Assembly: GCF_000247565.1 (NCBI RefSeq)
Contig: NC_016893.1
Coordinates: 660,001-692,000, forward strand
Length of the DNA stretch: 32,000 nucleotides
Direction: 5' to 3'
Source: Wigglesworthia glossinidia endosymbiont of Glossina morsitans morsitans (Yale colony)
Lineage (GTDB): Bacteria > Pseudomonadota > Gammaproteobacteria > Enterobacterales > Enterobacteriaceae
In this document: piece after piece, positions 10,777 through 21,600 of the stretch
Numbering within the stretch: position 1 is the first letter of the stretch
Layout of the letters: each line of letters begins with the position of its first letter
The notes under the pieces: generated by a model
What the model was told of the DNA's origin: nothing
Databases searched by the model: none
What the model saw: only the letters and a program-made list of their open reading frames with translations
Made by a program: the position numbers and the translations under genes

Positions 10777-11679
10777 ATGACTAATTTTTTGATTTCTTTA
10801 AAAGAATGTCAAACACATATTAATAAAATATTAAAAAAATATTTATATTGTTTTTCTAAAAATAAAACTCAACTTACTTTAGCTATGGAATATGGATTAT
10901 GCAATGGAGGTAAAAGATTAAGAGCATTTTTAGTTTATCAAGTAGGAGCACTATTTAAAATTCCTAAAAAAAATTTAGATAATATTGCCGCTGCAATTGA
11001 ATGCATACATGCATATTCTTTAATTCATGATGATTTACCGGCGATGGATAATGGAGATTTACGTCGAGGATTACCTTCCTGTCATGTAAAATATGGAGAA
11101 TATTTAGCGATTTTAGCTGGAGATGCACTTCAAACTTTAGCATTTCATATATTATCTAGTATTGATATGCCGGACGTATCTCTTTTAAAGAGAATAAAAA
11201 TTATATCTATTTTAGCAAATGCAATTGGCGGAAATGGCATGTGCTTAGGGCAATCGTTAGATTTAGAAACACAAGGTTTGCCGATATCTATAAAAAAATT
11301 AAAAACAATACATAAAAATAAAACTGGTGCATTAATTTATGCAGCACTCAACATGACAATTTTAGCCGGGAATATATGTGATAAAAAAATTACTTATGAT
11401 CTCAAAAAATATGCTCAATTAATAGGTTTAGCGTTTCAAATACAAGATGATATTTTGAATATCATTGGTACCGCTCAAAAAACTGGAAAACGTCAAGGAT
11501 CGGATAAAAAATCACATAAAAACACTTATTCAAGTCTATTAGGTTTAAAAAAAGCCCAAAAAAAAGCACTAAATTTATATAAACAAGCCTTAATTACTTT
11601 AGAATATATGAATAAATTAGGTTATAATACTAAATCATTAATAGCATTAGCGCACTATTTTATAATACGCGATCAATGA
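10777..11679 (+). CDS. ispA: Farnesyl diphosphate synthase (geranyltranstransferase)
   Basis: IHDDLPAMDNGDLRRGLPSCHVKYGEYLAILAGDALQTLAF; GKRQGSDKK. The second Asp-rich motif is DDILN instead of DDILD. Confidence 0.95.
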   Translation: MTNFLISLKECQTHINKILKKYLYCFSKNKTQLTLAMEYGLCNGGKRLRAFLVYQVGALFKIPKKNLDNIAAAIECIHAYSLIHDDLPAMDNGDLRRGLPSCHVKYGEYLAILAGDALQTLAFHILSSIDMPDVSLLKRIKIISILANAIGGNGMCLGQSLDLETQGLPISIKKLKTIHKNKTGALIYAALNMTILAGNICDKKITYDLKKYAQLIGLAFQIQDDILNIIGTAQKTGKRQGSDKKSHKNTYSSLLGLKKAQKKALNLYKQALITLEYMNKLGYNTKSLIALAHYFIIRDQ

Positions 11680-11697
11680 TCAAGAATATGTTATACT

Positions 11698-13581
11698 ATG
11701 AATAGTACAGTAAATATGAATAACATTAAATATTCAATTTTAAAAAAAATCAATAATCCTAAATCATTAAGAAAATTACCACAAAAAAAACTAAAATTTC
11801 TATGTCAGGAGCTCAGAGATTTTTTGCTTGACAGTGTAAGCTATTCTAGTGGTCATTTTGCTTCAGGTTTAGGAGTCATCGAACTTACAGTAGCGCTACA
11901 TTATGTTTATAATACTCCAATAGATTATTTGATTTGGGACGTCGGGCACCAAGCTTATCCTCATAAAATTATAACTGGTCGTAGAGATCAAATTACAAGT
12001 ATTCGAAAAAAAAATGGATTACATCCTTTTCCATTTCGAGAAGAAAGCAAATACGATGTATTATCTGTTGGACATTCTTCTACATCAATTAGTGCTGGAT
12101 TGGGAATTGCGGTTACCGCAGAAAAAGAAAATAAAAATCGACATGTAGTATGCGTAATTGGAGACGGGGCAATCACTGCGGGTATGGCATTTGAAGCTAT
12201 GAATCATGCAGGAGATATTAGATCTAATTTATTAATTATTTTGAATGATAATTCAATGTCGATTTCAGAAAATGTGGGAGCATTGCATAAACAAAACTCG
12301 AATTATTTTTTAACTAATAATATCTTATCTATATTAAAAAAAAATAGTCAAAAAATTTTTAACAAAATTCCTAAATTTAAGCAATTCATAAAAAAAATAG
12401 GGTTAAATTTAAACAAAATTTTTTCTAATGAAACGTTATTTGAAAAATTAGGATTTAAATATTTTGGTCCTTATGATGGACATAACATAACATCATTAAT
12501 AACTATATTAAAAAAATTACGTGTCACTCATGGACCTAAGTTGTTACATATTCTGACACAAAAAGGAAAAGGATATGCTCCTGCAGAAAAAGATCCAATT
12601 AGATGGCATGCCGTACCAAAGTTTAATTTGAAAATTGGCATACCTCCGAACAAAAATAATTCTATACAAACTTATTCTACAATTTTTGGAAATTGGCTTT
12701 GTGATACAGCAAAAAAAGACAAAAAATTAATTGCTATCACCCCGGCTATGAAAGAAGGGTCTGGGTTAGTAAAATTTTCTAAAAAATATCCCCATCAATA
12801 TTTTGATGTTGCTATTGCTGAACAACACGCAGTCACTTTTGCCGCAGGATTAGCAATTGGTGGATATAAACCTATTGTTGCTATTTATTCTACATTTTTA
12901 CAAAGAGCTTATGATCAAATTATTCATGATGTTGCTATTCAAAATTTATCAGTATTGTTTGCTATTGATCGCGCAGGAATAGTTGGTCCTGATGGACCCA
13001 CACATCAAGGTGCGTTAGACTTATCTTATTTACGCTGTATTCCAAATATGATTATTATGACTCCTAGTGATGAAAATGAATGTCGTTTAATGTTATATAC
13101 AGGTTACCATCAATCTGGGCCTACTGCAGTAAGGTATCCAAAAGGATGTGGAATAGGAGTGAAGTTTACAAAACTTTATCATATTCCTGTAGGCAAAGGA
13201 GTAATTTTAAGAAAAGGAAAAAATATAGCAATATTAAATTTTGGTACATTATTAGTTCAAGCAAATACTGTTGCTCATGAATTAGATGCTACTTTGATAG
13301 ATATGCGATTCGTTAAACCTATCGATAAAATACTTTTAAAGAAAGTAGCGATCAATCATCAAGCTTTAATTACTCTAGAAGAAAACGTTATCATGGGAGG
13401 AGCAGGTAGTGCGGTAAACGAATTTTTAATGTACCAAAAAATACTGATTCCTGTTTTAAACATTGGCTTGCCAGATTATTTCATATCGCAAGGTAGCCAG
13501 CAAGAAATAAGATCATCTCTAGGACTAGATAGCCAAGGTATTAGAAAAAAAATAGAAAATTGGTTAAACCAAAATTTTTAA
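11698..13581 (+). CDS. dxs: 1-deoxy-D-xylulose-5-phosphate synthase
   Basis: [40 protein letters not shown] ... [23 protein letters not shown] ... [38 protein letters not shown]. The start may be 11698 or the in-frame ATG at 11716. Confidence 0.98.
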   Translation: MNSTVNMNNIKYSILKKINNPKSLRKLPQKKLKFLCQELRDFLLDSVSYSSGHFASGLGVIELTVALHYVYNTPIDYLIWDVGHQAYPHKIITGRRDQITSIRKKNGLHPFPFREESKYDVLSVGHSSTSISAGLGIAVTAEKENKNRHVVCVIGDGAITAGMAFEAMNHAGDIRSNLLIILNDNSMSISENVGALHKQNSNYFLTNNILSILKKNSQKIFNKIPKFKQFIKKIGLNLNKIFSNETLFEKLGFKYFGPYDGHNITSLITILKKLRVTHGPKLLHILTQKGKGYAPAEKDPIRWHAVPKFNLKIGIPPNKNNSIQTYSTIFGNWLCDTAKKDKKLIAITPAMKEGSGLVKFSKKYPHQYFDVAIAEQHAVTFAAGLAIGGYKPIVAIYSTFLQRAYDQIIHDVAIQNLSVLFAIDRAGIVGPDGPTHQGALDLSYLRCIPNMIIMTPSDENECRLMLYTGYHQSGPTAVRYPKGCGIGVKFTKLYHIPVGKGVILRKGKNIAILNFGTLLVQANTVAHELDATLIDMRFVKPIDKILLKKVAINHQALITLEENVIMGGAGSAVNEFLMYQKILIPVLNIGLPDYFISQGSQQEIRSSLGLDSQGIRKKIENWLNQNF

Positions 13582-13602
13582 AAATCTTTGAATTTTTTTT
13601 AT

Positions 13603-14970
13603 CTAACGTAATAAAAGAAAAATTTTTGTATCTCCTCGGACAATATTCAAAGCAATAACTGCAGGCTTTTGATCTAAAGATTTTTTGAGTTGATCGATGT
13701 TTTGTATTCTTTCTCGATTTAAACCAATTATTACGTCATTTTTTTGTAATCCTATTGAAAATGCAGGAGAATCTTTTACAACATCTTCTACTTTAACTCC
13801 TAAAGTACCATCTTTTAAAGATCCGTTTGTCAATGATACCCCTTGTAATGCAGGAATTAAAATTTCTTCGCTAGTCAAATTTGATTTATCGTCTAAAATT
13901 ACAGAAATATTCTTTAAATTACCATTACGTAATATCCCCAGAACAATTGTTTTTCCAGGTGCAGTGATGCCTACTTTTACGCGTAATTCAGCAAAACTTT
14001 TGATAGATTTTCCATCAATAGATATAATAATATCTCCTGCTTTTATACCTGATTTATATGCTGCAGAATTTGGTATCACTTCACTCACAAATGCTCCACG
14101 CTGTGCATTTATGTTAAACGCTTTAGCAATATCTGCGGTTAGTTCGGTGCCTTTTATGCCTAATTGTCCACGTTTTACTTCTCCGTGTTGAATAATTTGA
14201 TTACATAAATTTTTTACAATATTACTAGGAATCGCAAATCCAATTCCAACGTTTCCACCTCCAGGAGCAAGAATAGCTGTATTAATTCCTATTAATTCGC
14301 CATTTAAATTTAATAAAGCACCTCCAGAATTTCCACGATTAATTGAAGCATCGGTTTGAATAAAATTTTCTAATCCTTCTAAATTTAATCCACTTCTACC
14401 TAAAGCAGATACAATACCTGAAGTTACAGTTTGTCCTAATCCGAAAGGGTTTCCTACAGCAATAGCAAAATCTCCTACTCTTAATAAGTCTGAATCAGAA
14501 ATGATTACTTCAATGAGATCTTTAGGTGCAGGAATTTGTAACAACGCGAGATCTGTTTGATCATCTTTACCTATTAATTTAGCAAAAAATTCTCTTCCAT
14601 CGTTTAATTGAATTTTAATTTTATTTGCACCATTAATTACATGATGATTAGTAATAATATACCCTTTTTGAGCATCAATAATCACTCCTGATCCTAATCC
14701 TTCAAATGGACGTATTCCATTATTACCAAAAGGTAAATCCGGTCCAAAAAAATATTTGAATTCTTTTGGTAAAACAAAACGTTTTACCGCTTGGGTGCCT
14801 TCTACATGTACACTAACAACTGAAGGTAAAACTTTTGTTAACATAGGTGCTAAACTAGGCATCAGCTGATTTTTTGAATTTTCTTCAGAAAAAAAAGCTA
14901 GTGTATTGGTATATGGTATAAAATTTATACTAATTATAGTTAAGAGCTTAAGTAAAAAACTGATTTTCAT
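13603..14970 (-). CDS. degQ: Periplasmic serine endoprotease DegQ (HtrA family, two PDZ domains)
   Basis: LPSLAPMLTKVLPSVVSVHVEGTQ; His in TNHHVI, Asp in DDQTDLALLQI, Ser in RGNSGGALLN. Closer to DegQ than DegP by recalled sequence, and next to yhcB as in E. coli. Confidence 0.94.
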   Translation of the reverse strand: MKISFLLKLLTIISINFIPYTNTLAFFSEENSKNQLMPSLAPMLTKVLPSVVSVHVEGTQAVKRFVLPKEFKYFFGPDLPFGNNGIRPFEGLGSGVIIDAQKGYIITNHHVINGANKIKIQLNDGREFFAKLIGKDDQTDLALLQIPAPKDLIEVIISDSDLLRVGDFAIAVGNPFGLGQTVTSGIVSALGRSGLNLEGLENFIQTDASINRGNSGGALLNLNGELIGINTAILAPGGGNVGIGFAIPSNIVKNLCNQIIQHGEVKRGQLGIKGTELTADIAKAFNINAQRGAFVSEVIPNSAAYKSGIKAGDIIISIDGKSIKSFAELRVKVGITAPGKTIVLGILRNGNLKNISVILDDKSNLTSEEILIPALQGVSLTNGSLKDGTLGVKVEDVVKDSPAFSIGLQKNDVIIGLNRERIQNIDQLKKSLDQKPAVIALNIVRGDTKIFLLLR

Positions 14971-15067
14971 TTTAGTTCGCTTTTGTTTATTTTAATATTA
15001 GTTTATATTCATTTTTTGTGATCTTTAATATTAAGATAAAATTAAATAAAATATTTAAAATCATCAT

Positions 15068-15460
15068 TTATTTTTTTTTTATTATTATATTATCATTTTG
15101 TTGCATCGGATAATCTCTAGGTTGTATTTTACCAGACGATAATTCGTAATTATATAAAGTTTTTAACACATCATCTGATGAATTAAACTTTTTTTGTTTT
15201 TTTAGAAGCAAATTTTTTGCACTTTTTAAAGTATACTGATGTAGATTATGATGATCTTTTATCAAATTTTCTAATAATTTTATGCTATTTAAAAAATACT
15301 GTTGCAATTCCATTTGATGATTTATTAACTCTTCTCGATGTTTATCTAGATTTTTTTTGAATTTATTTTTATTACATATATTTTTATTACCATATTTTAT
15401 GAGAAAAAAACTAACGATCATTCCTAAAATAAATCCGAATATAATATATAGTGATAGCAT
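15068..15460 (-). CDS. zapG: YhcB/ZapG family membrane protein (DUF1043, cell envelope/division)
   Basis: N-terminal TM helix then coiled coil; LYIIFGFILGMIVSFFLIKYGN ... LDKHREELINHQMELQQYFLNSIKLLENLIKDHHNLHQYTLKSAKNLL ... PRDYP. Location between degQ and zapE matches E. coli. Confidence 0.85.
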   Translation of the reverse strand: MLSLYIIFGFILGMIVSFFLIKYGNKNICNKNKFKKNLDKHREELINHQMELQQYFLNSIKLLENLIKDHHNLHQYTLKSAKNLLLKKQKKFNSSDDVLKTLYNYELSSGKIQPRDYPMQQNDNIIIKKK

Positions 15461-15591
15461 ATTTCCTCCTGTGATTTTTAAAAAAAATACTATTTCAATA
15501 GTAACATCATATGAACATGCAAAATTATATTTATTATGATAAATTATGTTATAAAAGAACTACTTTATCATTATTTAAATTCAGGAATATC

Positions 15592-16699
15592 ATGCTTACA
15601 AATTCTTTATTCATAATATATCGCAATATAGTTCGTAAAAAAAATTATCATTTAGATAAATCCCAATATGATGTAATTTTACATTTAGATCAAATTTATA
15701 AAACTTTTATGCCAAAAAATAATAATTTAAAAAACAGTAGTATTATGTTTTTCAAAAGAGTTTTATTTAAATTATTTAATAAAAAAAAAACTACACAATT
15801 TATATATCTGGGGTGGTGTAGGAAGAGGGAAAACCTGGTTGATGAATTTATTTTACCAATCAGTACCAACTAATAGAAAAATGAGAATTCATTTTCATGA
15901 ATTTATGATAAAAATACATAAAGATATGTATATACTGCAAGGAAAAAAAAATCCATTAAAAATTGTAGCAAAAAATTTCAAAAATAAAGTAGACATTATA
16001 TGTTTTGATGAATTTTTTATTTCAGACATTGCAGATGCAATGCTACTAGGAAATTTAATTAAATACTTTTTAAAAGTAAACATATTATTAATCATAACAT
16101 CAAATTTTCCACCATGTGATTTATACAAAGATGGTTTGCAAAGATCACAATTTTTACCAACTATTGAATTAATTTACAAATATTATACTATACTAAATCT
16201 GGATTCTGGAGTAGATTATCGTTTGTTAAATGTGCATATTTCTAAATTTTGGTTATATCCGATTAATGAAAAGAATATAAATAAAATGAAAAAACTTTTT
16301 TTTAAATTTATTGGAAATAAAAATAATTTTAAAAAAAATGTAAATATTGAAATTAATCATAGAAAAATTAAAACTTTATGGTTATCAAATAAAATATCAG
16401 CATTTAATTTTAAAGATCTATGCATATCATCTTGCAGTCAAAATGATTATATTGTAATTGCGCAAAAATTTGCTATTATTTTTCTATATAACGTAATTCA
16501 AATTGATAATAGTCAGGAAGATGTTGGCAAAAGATTTTTATTTTTAATAGATGCATTATATGCAAATCGAGTGAAATTAATTACTATATCATCTGTATGC
16601 ATATCACAAATATATAATGGTGATTTATTAAAATTTGAATATAATAGATGTATTTCAAGACTGTATGAAATGCAAAGCGAAAAATATTTTGTGCTTTAA
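15592..16699 (+). CDS. zapE: ZapE (YhcM) AFG1-family division-associated ATPase, interrupted by a -1/+2 frameshift at an A10 tract (15781-15790)
   Basis: ORF 15511..15873 supplies the N-terminus (likely ATG 15592). After the A10 run, frame 2 reads KLHNLYIWGGVGRGKTWLMNLFYQSVPTNRKMRIHFHEFM, matching E. coli GLYMWGGVGRGKTWLMDLFYQSLPG, and continues as ORF 15839..16699 with Walker B CFDEFFISD. Confidence 0.85.
15781..15790 (+). other. A10 homopolymer at the frameshift point in zapE
   Basis: Exactly ten A between AAT and CTACACAAT. A9 (or A12) would join the two zapE frames. Confidence 0.9.
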
Positions 16700-16832
16700 T
16701 ATGCACATAATAAAAAGTTCGACTTTAATAAAAAATTTATTTATAATTCAAATTTCAATTAAAAAAATTTGATTAACTTTTTAAACGTTTATAACAAAAA
16801 TATATTTAAAATTAAGTAAAGAAAATATTAAT

Positions 16833-17258
16833 ATGCAAACATTTATGATGAAAAAAAATCTTATATTAAGTTCTTGGCATTTATATAATGTAGAAAATAA
16901 GATTTTAGGAAGATGTTCAACTAAACTCGCTCAAATTTTAAAAGGAAAATATAATATAAAATATACACCTCACTTGGATATGGGCGATTATATTGTAGTT
17001 ATTAACGCTAAAAAAATTAAAGTTAGCGGTAAAAAACTAAAAAATAAATTTTATTATCATCATACTGGATACCATGGAGGAATAAAAAAAATAACTTTAG
17101 AACATATGTTAGAAAAAAATCCAGAAAAAGTTCTTTATTATGCAGTCAAGGGCATGCTTCCGAAAGGACCTCTTGGAAAACTTATGTTAAAAAAATTAAA
17201 AATATTTTCTGGAAAACACCATAATCATTTTGCACAAAAACCTAAAATTTTAAATTAA
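16833..17258 (+). CDS. rplM: 50S ribosomal protein L13
   Basis: LGRCSTKLAQILKGK...YTPHLDMGDYIVVINA...YYHHTGYHGGIK...AVKGMLPKGPLGKLM; adjacent to rpsI. Confidence 0.97.
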   Translation: MQTFMMKKNLILSSWHLYNVENKILGRCSTKLAQILKGKYNIKYTPHLDMGDYIVVINAKKIKVSGKKLKNKFYYHHTGYHGGIKKITLEHMLEKNPEKVLYYAVKGMLPKGPLGKLMLKKLKIFSGKHHNHFAQKPKILN

Positions 17259-17275
17259 TCGGATAAATACTATTT

Positions 17276-17665
17276 ATGCACAATAAATACTACGGAACTG
17301 GTAGAAGAAAAACAGCATCCGCAAGAATATTTATGACACAGGGAAATGGAAAATTTACAATTAATCATATTGATATAAAAAAGTATTTTAAACAAGAAAC
17401 ATTACAAAAAATAATACATCAACCAATATCATTAATTGATATGGAAAAAAAATTAAATTTTTACATTACTGTGAAAGGTGGAGGAATATCTGGTCAAGCC
17501 GGAGCTATTCGACATGGAATTGCACGTGCTTTAGTGCAATATAATATACAATTAAGATCTATTTTGAGAAAAGCAGGTTTTATTACTCGAGACTCTCGTT
17601 GTGTTGAAAGAAAAAAAGTAGGTTTAAAAAAATCTAGACGTCGTCCTCAATTTTCTAAACGTTAA
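17276..17665 (+). CDS. rpsI: 30S ribosomal protein S9
   Basis: [16 protein letters not shown] ... [23 protein letters not shown] ... [25 protein letters not shown]. Confidence 0.98.
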   Translation: MHNKYYGTGRRKTASARIFMTQGNGKFTINHIDIKKYFKQETLQKIIHQPISLIDMEKKLNFYITVKGGGISGQAGAIRHGIARALVQYNIQLRSILRKAGFITRDSRCVERKKVGLKKSRRRPQFSKR

Positions 17666-17935
17666 AATAAAAATATTTTAAAATTAAATTAATATGATCT
17701 GTTTTATTTATGAACATAATACACGCATTTATTATTTAAGAATATTTTAATCAGAGCACATGACAAATTTTATTTTAATTGTTATATAAATTATTTTGCA
17801 AAAAAAATTTATACATATCTATACAATTTTAATATTGTAAAAAATAATTTTTTCAATCCAAATAAAATTTGGACACTTTTAATGTCATATATTGTATAAA
17901 AAAATTTTTTTATTTTTCATTAAATCAGCACTATA

Positions 17936-18409
17936 ATGCAACCAAATAAAAATAATATGCATGATATCAAGTGGATGTCACATGCAATCTTTTTAGCGCA
18001 TCAAGCAAGTAATATGCAAGAAGTACCGATTGGATCCGTAGTAGTGTTGAACAATAAAATAATTGGAGAAGGATGGAATCAATCAATTTCTAGACAAGAT
18101 CCTAGCGCACACGCCGAAATTATTGCACTACGTCAGGCAGCAAAATATATGTCAAATTATCGACTAATAAATGCAGAAATATATACAACTATTGAGCCAT
18201 GCATCATGTGTATTGGAGCTATCATAAATGCTCGTATAGATCGTTTAATATTTGGTGCTAGAAAAAAAAATAGAAAAAATTTATTTATTGAAAAATTATT
18301 AAACAGTAATGAATCAAATCATCATTTTGTATTAACAGAAGGAGTTTTAGCAAAAGAATGCTCCGAAGCCATGCATAATTTTTTTTATTGTCGTCGCATT
18401 AAATATTAA
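17936..18409 (+). CDS. tadA: tRNA-specific adenosine deaminase
   Basis: Zn/catalytic motifs DPSAHAEIIALRQA and TIEPCIMCIGAIINARIDRLIFGAR; YRLINAEIYTT. Confidence 0.95.
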   Translation: MQPNKNNMHDIKWMSHAIFLAHQASNMQEVPIGSVVVLNNKIIGEGWNQSISRQDPSAHAEIIALRQAAKYMSNYRLINAEIYTTIEPCIMCIGAIINARIDRLIFGARKKNRKNLFIEKLLNSNESNHHFVLTEGVLAKECSEAMHNFFYCRRIKY

Positions 18410-18628
18410 AATATTTTAAAAAAATTAATTTATTTTTTTTAATCAAATATACTTTGATTTTTTAATTTTAAAATAATTAAAATTCATACTTGAATACATG
18501 CGAAAAATTAAATTGTACTTAAAATAATATTAAATTTTAATTTTTTTAAAATTAATAATTTTTAAAAAAGTTTATAAATCAAAATCGTTTTATCATGAAA
18601 CAATATATTCTATGAGGCATAGAAAATC

Positions 18629-21600
18629 ATGAAATTATTGCGTGGAGGTCAGGAAGCTCATAATGTTATTTTAGATAAAATAAAAATAAAATTGAATTAT
18701 TTTAACTTACCTATAAAAAATATTAACTGTGAATATATTTATTTTATAGAATCTAAAAATAAAATCAAAGTTAGTACTATTAAAAAATTAAAATATTTGT
18801 TAGGTCATAATCATTCTATTAAAAAAAATAGAATAGGCAAGTTTTTTTTAATAATTCCAATATCAGGAACAAATTCTACATGGTCTCAAAAAATAAAAAA
18901 TATTCTTGATAACTGCGGTTTAAATAACATTGATAAAATTGAAAGAGGTATAATATACTATATTAATTCTAATATTCTCACTATACAACAATGGAAAAAA
19001 ATCGAAAATTTATTATATGATCATACTTCAGAAGTTGTATGCAGAACTATTAAACAAGCATTAAAAATATTTAAACAAAAAGATCATCCTAGTTCAGTAA
19101 AGATTGTTAACATATTAAAATACGGTAAAAATGCTTTAAAAAAATTTAATGATCAATTTCAACTTGCCTTAAACGATATAGAAATAGAGCATTTATTTAC
19201 AGTATTTAAACAACTAAAAAGAAATCCTAATGATGCAGAATTATACATGTTTGCACAATTTAATTCTGAACATTGTCGACATAAAATATTTAATGCAAAA
19301 TGGATTTTTAACAAAAATAAATACAAACAATCTCTTTTTGAAATGATCAAAAATACTCTTGTTGAAACACCTAAAAATGTTTTATCTGCTTATTCTGATA
19401 ATGCAGCAGTAATTTTAGGATCTATGACAAAACAATTTTTTTCACATTCTAAAACGAAAGAATACGGATTTCATAAAGAAAAAATGCATATTGTTATTAA
19501 AGCAGAAACACATAATCATCCAACTGCAATATCGCCATTTTCTGGTGCATCTACAGGCGTTGGAGGCGAAATTAGAGATTCAGGATCTACTGGAAGAGGT
19601 TCTACCCCCAAAATAGGATGGTCGGGGTATTCTGTTTCTAATCTTTTTATTCCATTTTTTCGTCAACCATGGGAAGAATATTTTAGCTATCCAAAACATA
19701 TTCATAATTCTTTAAATATTATGTTACATGCACCTCTAGGTGCATCTGAATTTAATAACGAATTCGGTAGACCATGTCTATCGGGATATTTTCGTACATA
19801 TGAAAAATATTTAAAAATAAACAATAAAATTGAATTAAGAGGATATCATAAACCTATTATGTTATCTGGAGGATTAGGATTAATTCGAGAAATCCATGTA
19901 TTTAAGAAACATATTATTTCTAAAAATAAATTGATAATTTTAGGTAATCCAGGCATGAAAGTAGGCCTAGGAGGCGCATCTACATCATCTTTATCACATC
20001 ATATCAATCCTAATTTTTCTTCTATACAACGTGGAAATCCTGAAATGGAACGTAGATGTCAAGAAGTTATTAATCGTTGTTGTGAATTGAAAAAAAATAA
20101 TCCGATTTTGTTTATACATGATGTTGGCGCAGGTGGATTATCTACTACTATTTTAGAAATTTTAATTCAAAATAAATGCGGAGCTTTTATCAGATTAAGA
20201 GAAATCCCGAATATTGAAAAAAATATGACTCCATTAGAAATATGGTGTAATGAATCACAAGAAAGATATGTCTTAGTGCTTAATAAAAATAAGCTGAAAA
20301 TATTCCATGCCATTTGTAGGCGCGAAAATGCTCCATATGCTATAATAGGAGAAATTACAAATTCTTTGAAATGTATAGTGTATGACGAATATTTCGATAA
20401 TATGACAATTAATTTACCTGTAAAAAAATTATATCAACATGTAAAATTGACGAAAATAATTAATAAAAATCTAATTTCAATAAAAAATGAAAAACTAGAT
20501 TTAAGTAAAATTGATTTAAGTGATGCTATTCATCGTATTTTACATCTTCCATCTGTCGCAGATAAAAGTTTTTTAATTACAATTAACGATCGTAGTATTA
20601 CTGGAACTGTGACACGTGATCAAATGATTGGTCCTTGGCAAATTCCAGTATCAGATTCTGCAGTAACAGTATCAAGTTTTGAAAGTTATTACGGAGAAGC
20701 TGTTTCAATAGGTGAACGTAGCCCGATTTCTTTATTAGATTTTGCCGCTTCTGCGCGTTTATCAGTTGGAGAAGCTATTACTAATATTGCAGGAGTATAT
20801 ATTAAAAACATAGAAAACATTAAACTATCGGCAAATTGGATGATTGATTCTAGCAATAATTTAGATAGCTATAAATTATATCAAACCGTTAAAGAACTAG
20901 GAGAAAAATTTTGTCCCGATTTAAATTTAACGATTGTAGTTGGAAAAGATTCTATGTTTATGAAAACTAATTGGATTGATAAAAATAATAGCAAAACTGT
21001 TTCTGCTCCACCATCTTTAGTAATATCAGCATGTGCTCGTGTTGAAGATGTAAGAGCCACTGTTACTCCGCAATTAAGATATGAAGTTGATAATTTTATA
21101 TTATTTATTGATCTAGGAAATCAATATCAAGGATTAGCAGGAACAGCTTTATCACAAACATATCAAAAAATTTGGAACGATACTCCAGATGTAAGAAACA
21201 CAAAAAAATTAAAACAGTTTTTTTATGTTATGCAAAAATTATTAAAAAAAAGAAAATTAATTGCTTATCACGATCGATCCGACGGTGGATTATTTGTAAC
21301 TCTTGCTGAAATGGCTTTTTCAGGAAATTGTTCTGTTGATATTAACTTGCATGATCTAGGAGATAATATAATATCAATATTATTTAATGAAGAATTAGGA
21401 GGCTTGATTCAAATTCAAAAAAAAGATTATGAATACGTATTAAATGTTTTTAAAGAAAACAAATTAGAAAATTGTTTATATAACATAGGATATGCTTATT
21501 CAGGAGATCAATTCACATTAAGAAATAATGAAAAAATTTTATATGAGCATAGCAGAACTGTATTACGTGCATGGTGGTCAGAAACAACATGGAAAATTCA

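Noticed and set aside
13697-14191. 164-aa ORF on + strand
   Set aside because: Antisense to degQ with no family resemblance; shadow ORF.
15357-15539. 60-aa + ORF
   Set aside because: Antisense to yhcB; the zapE start is better placed at 15592.
15895-16128. 77-aa minus ORF (also 19159..19350, 11988..12176, 13080..13280 and 5840..6043)
   Set aside because: Overlap well-supported genes (zapE, purL, dxs and cyoC) with no homology; chance ORFs.
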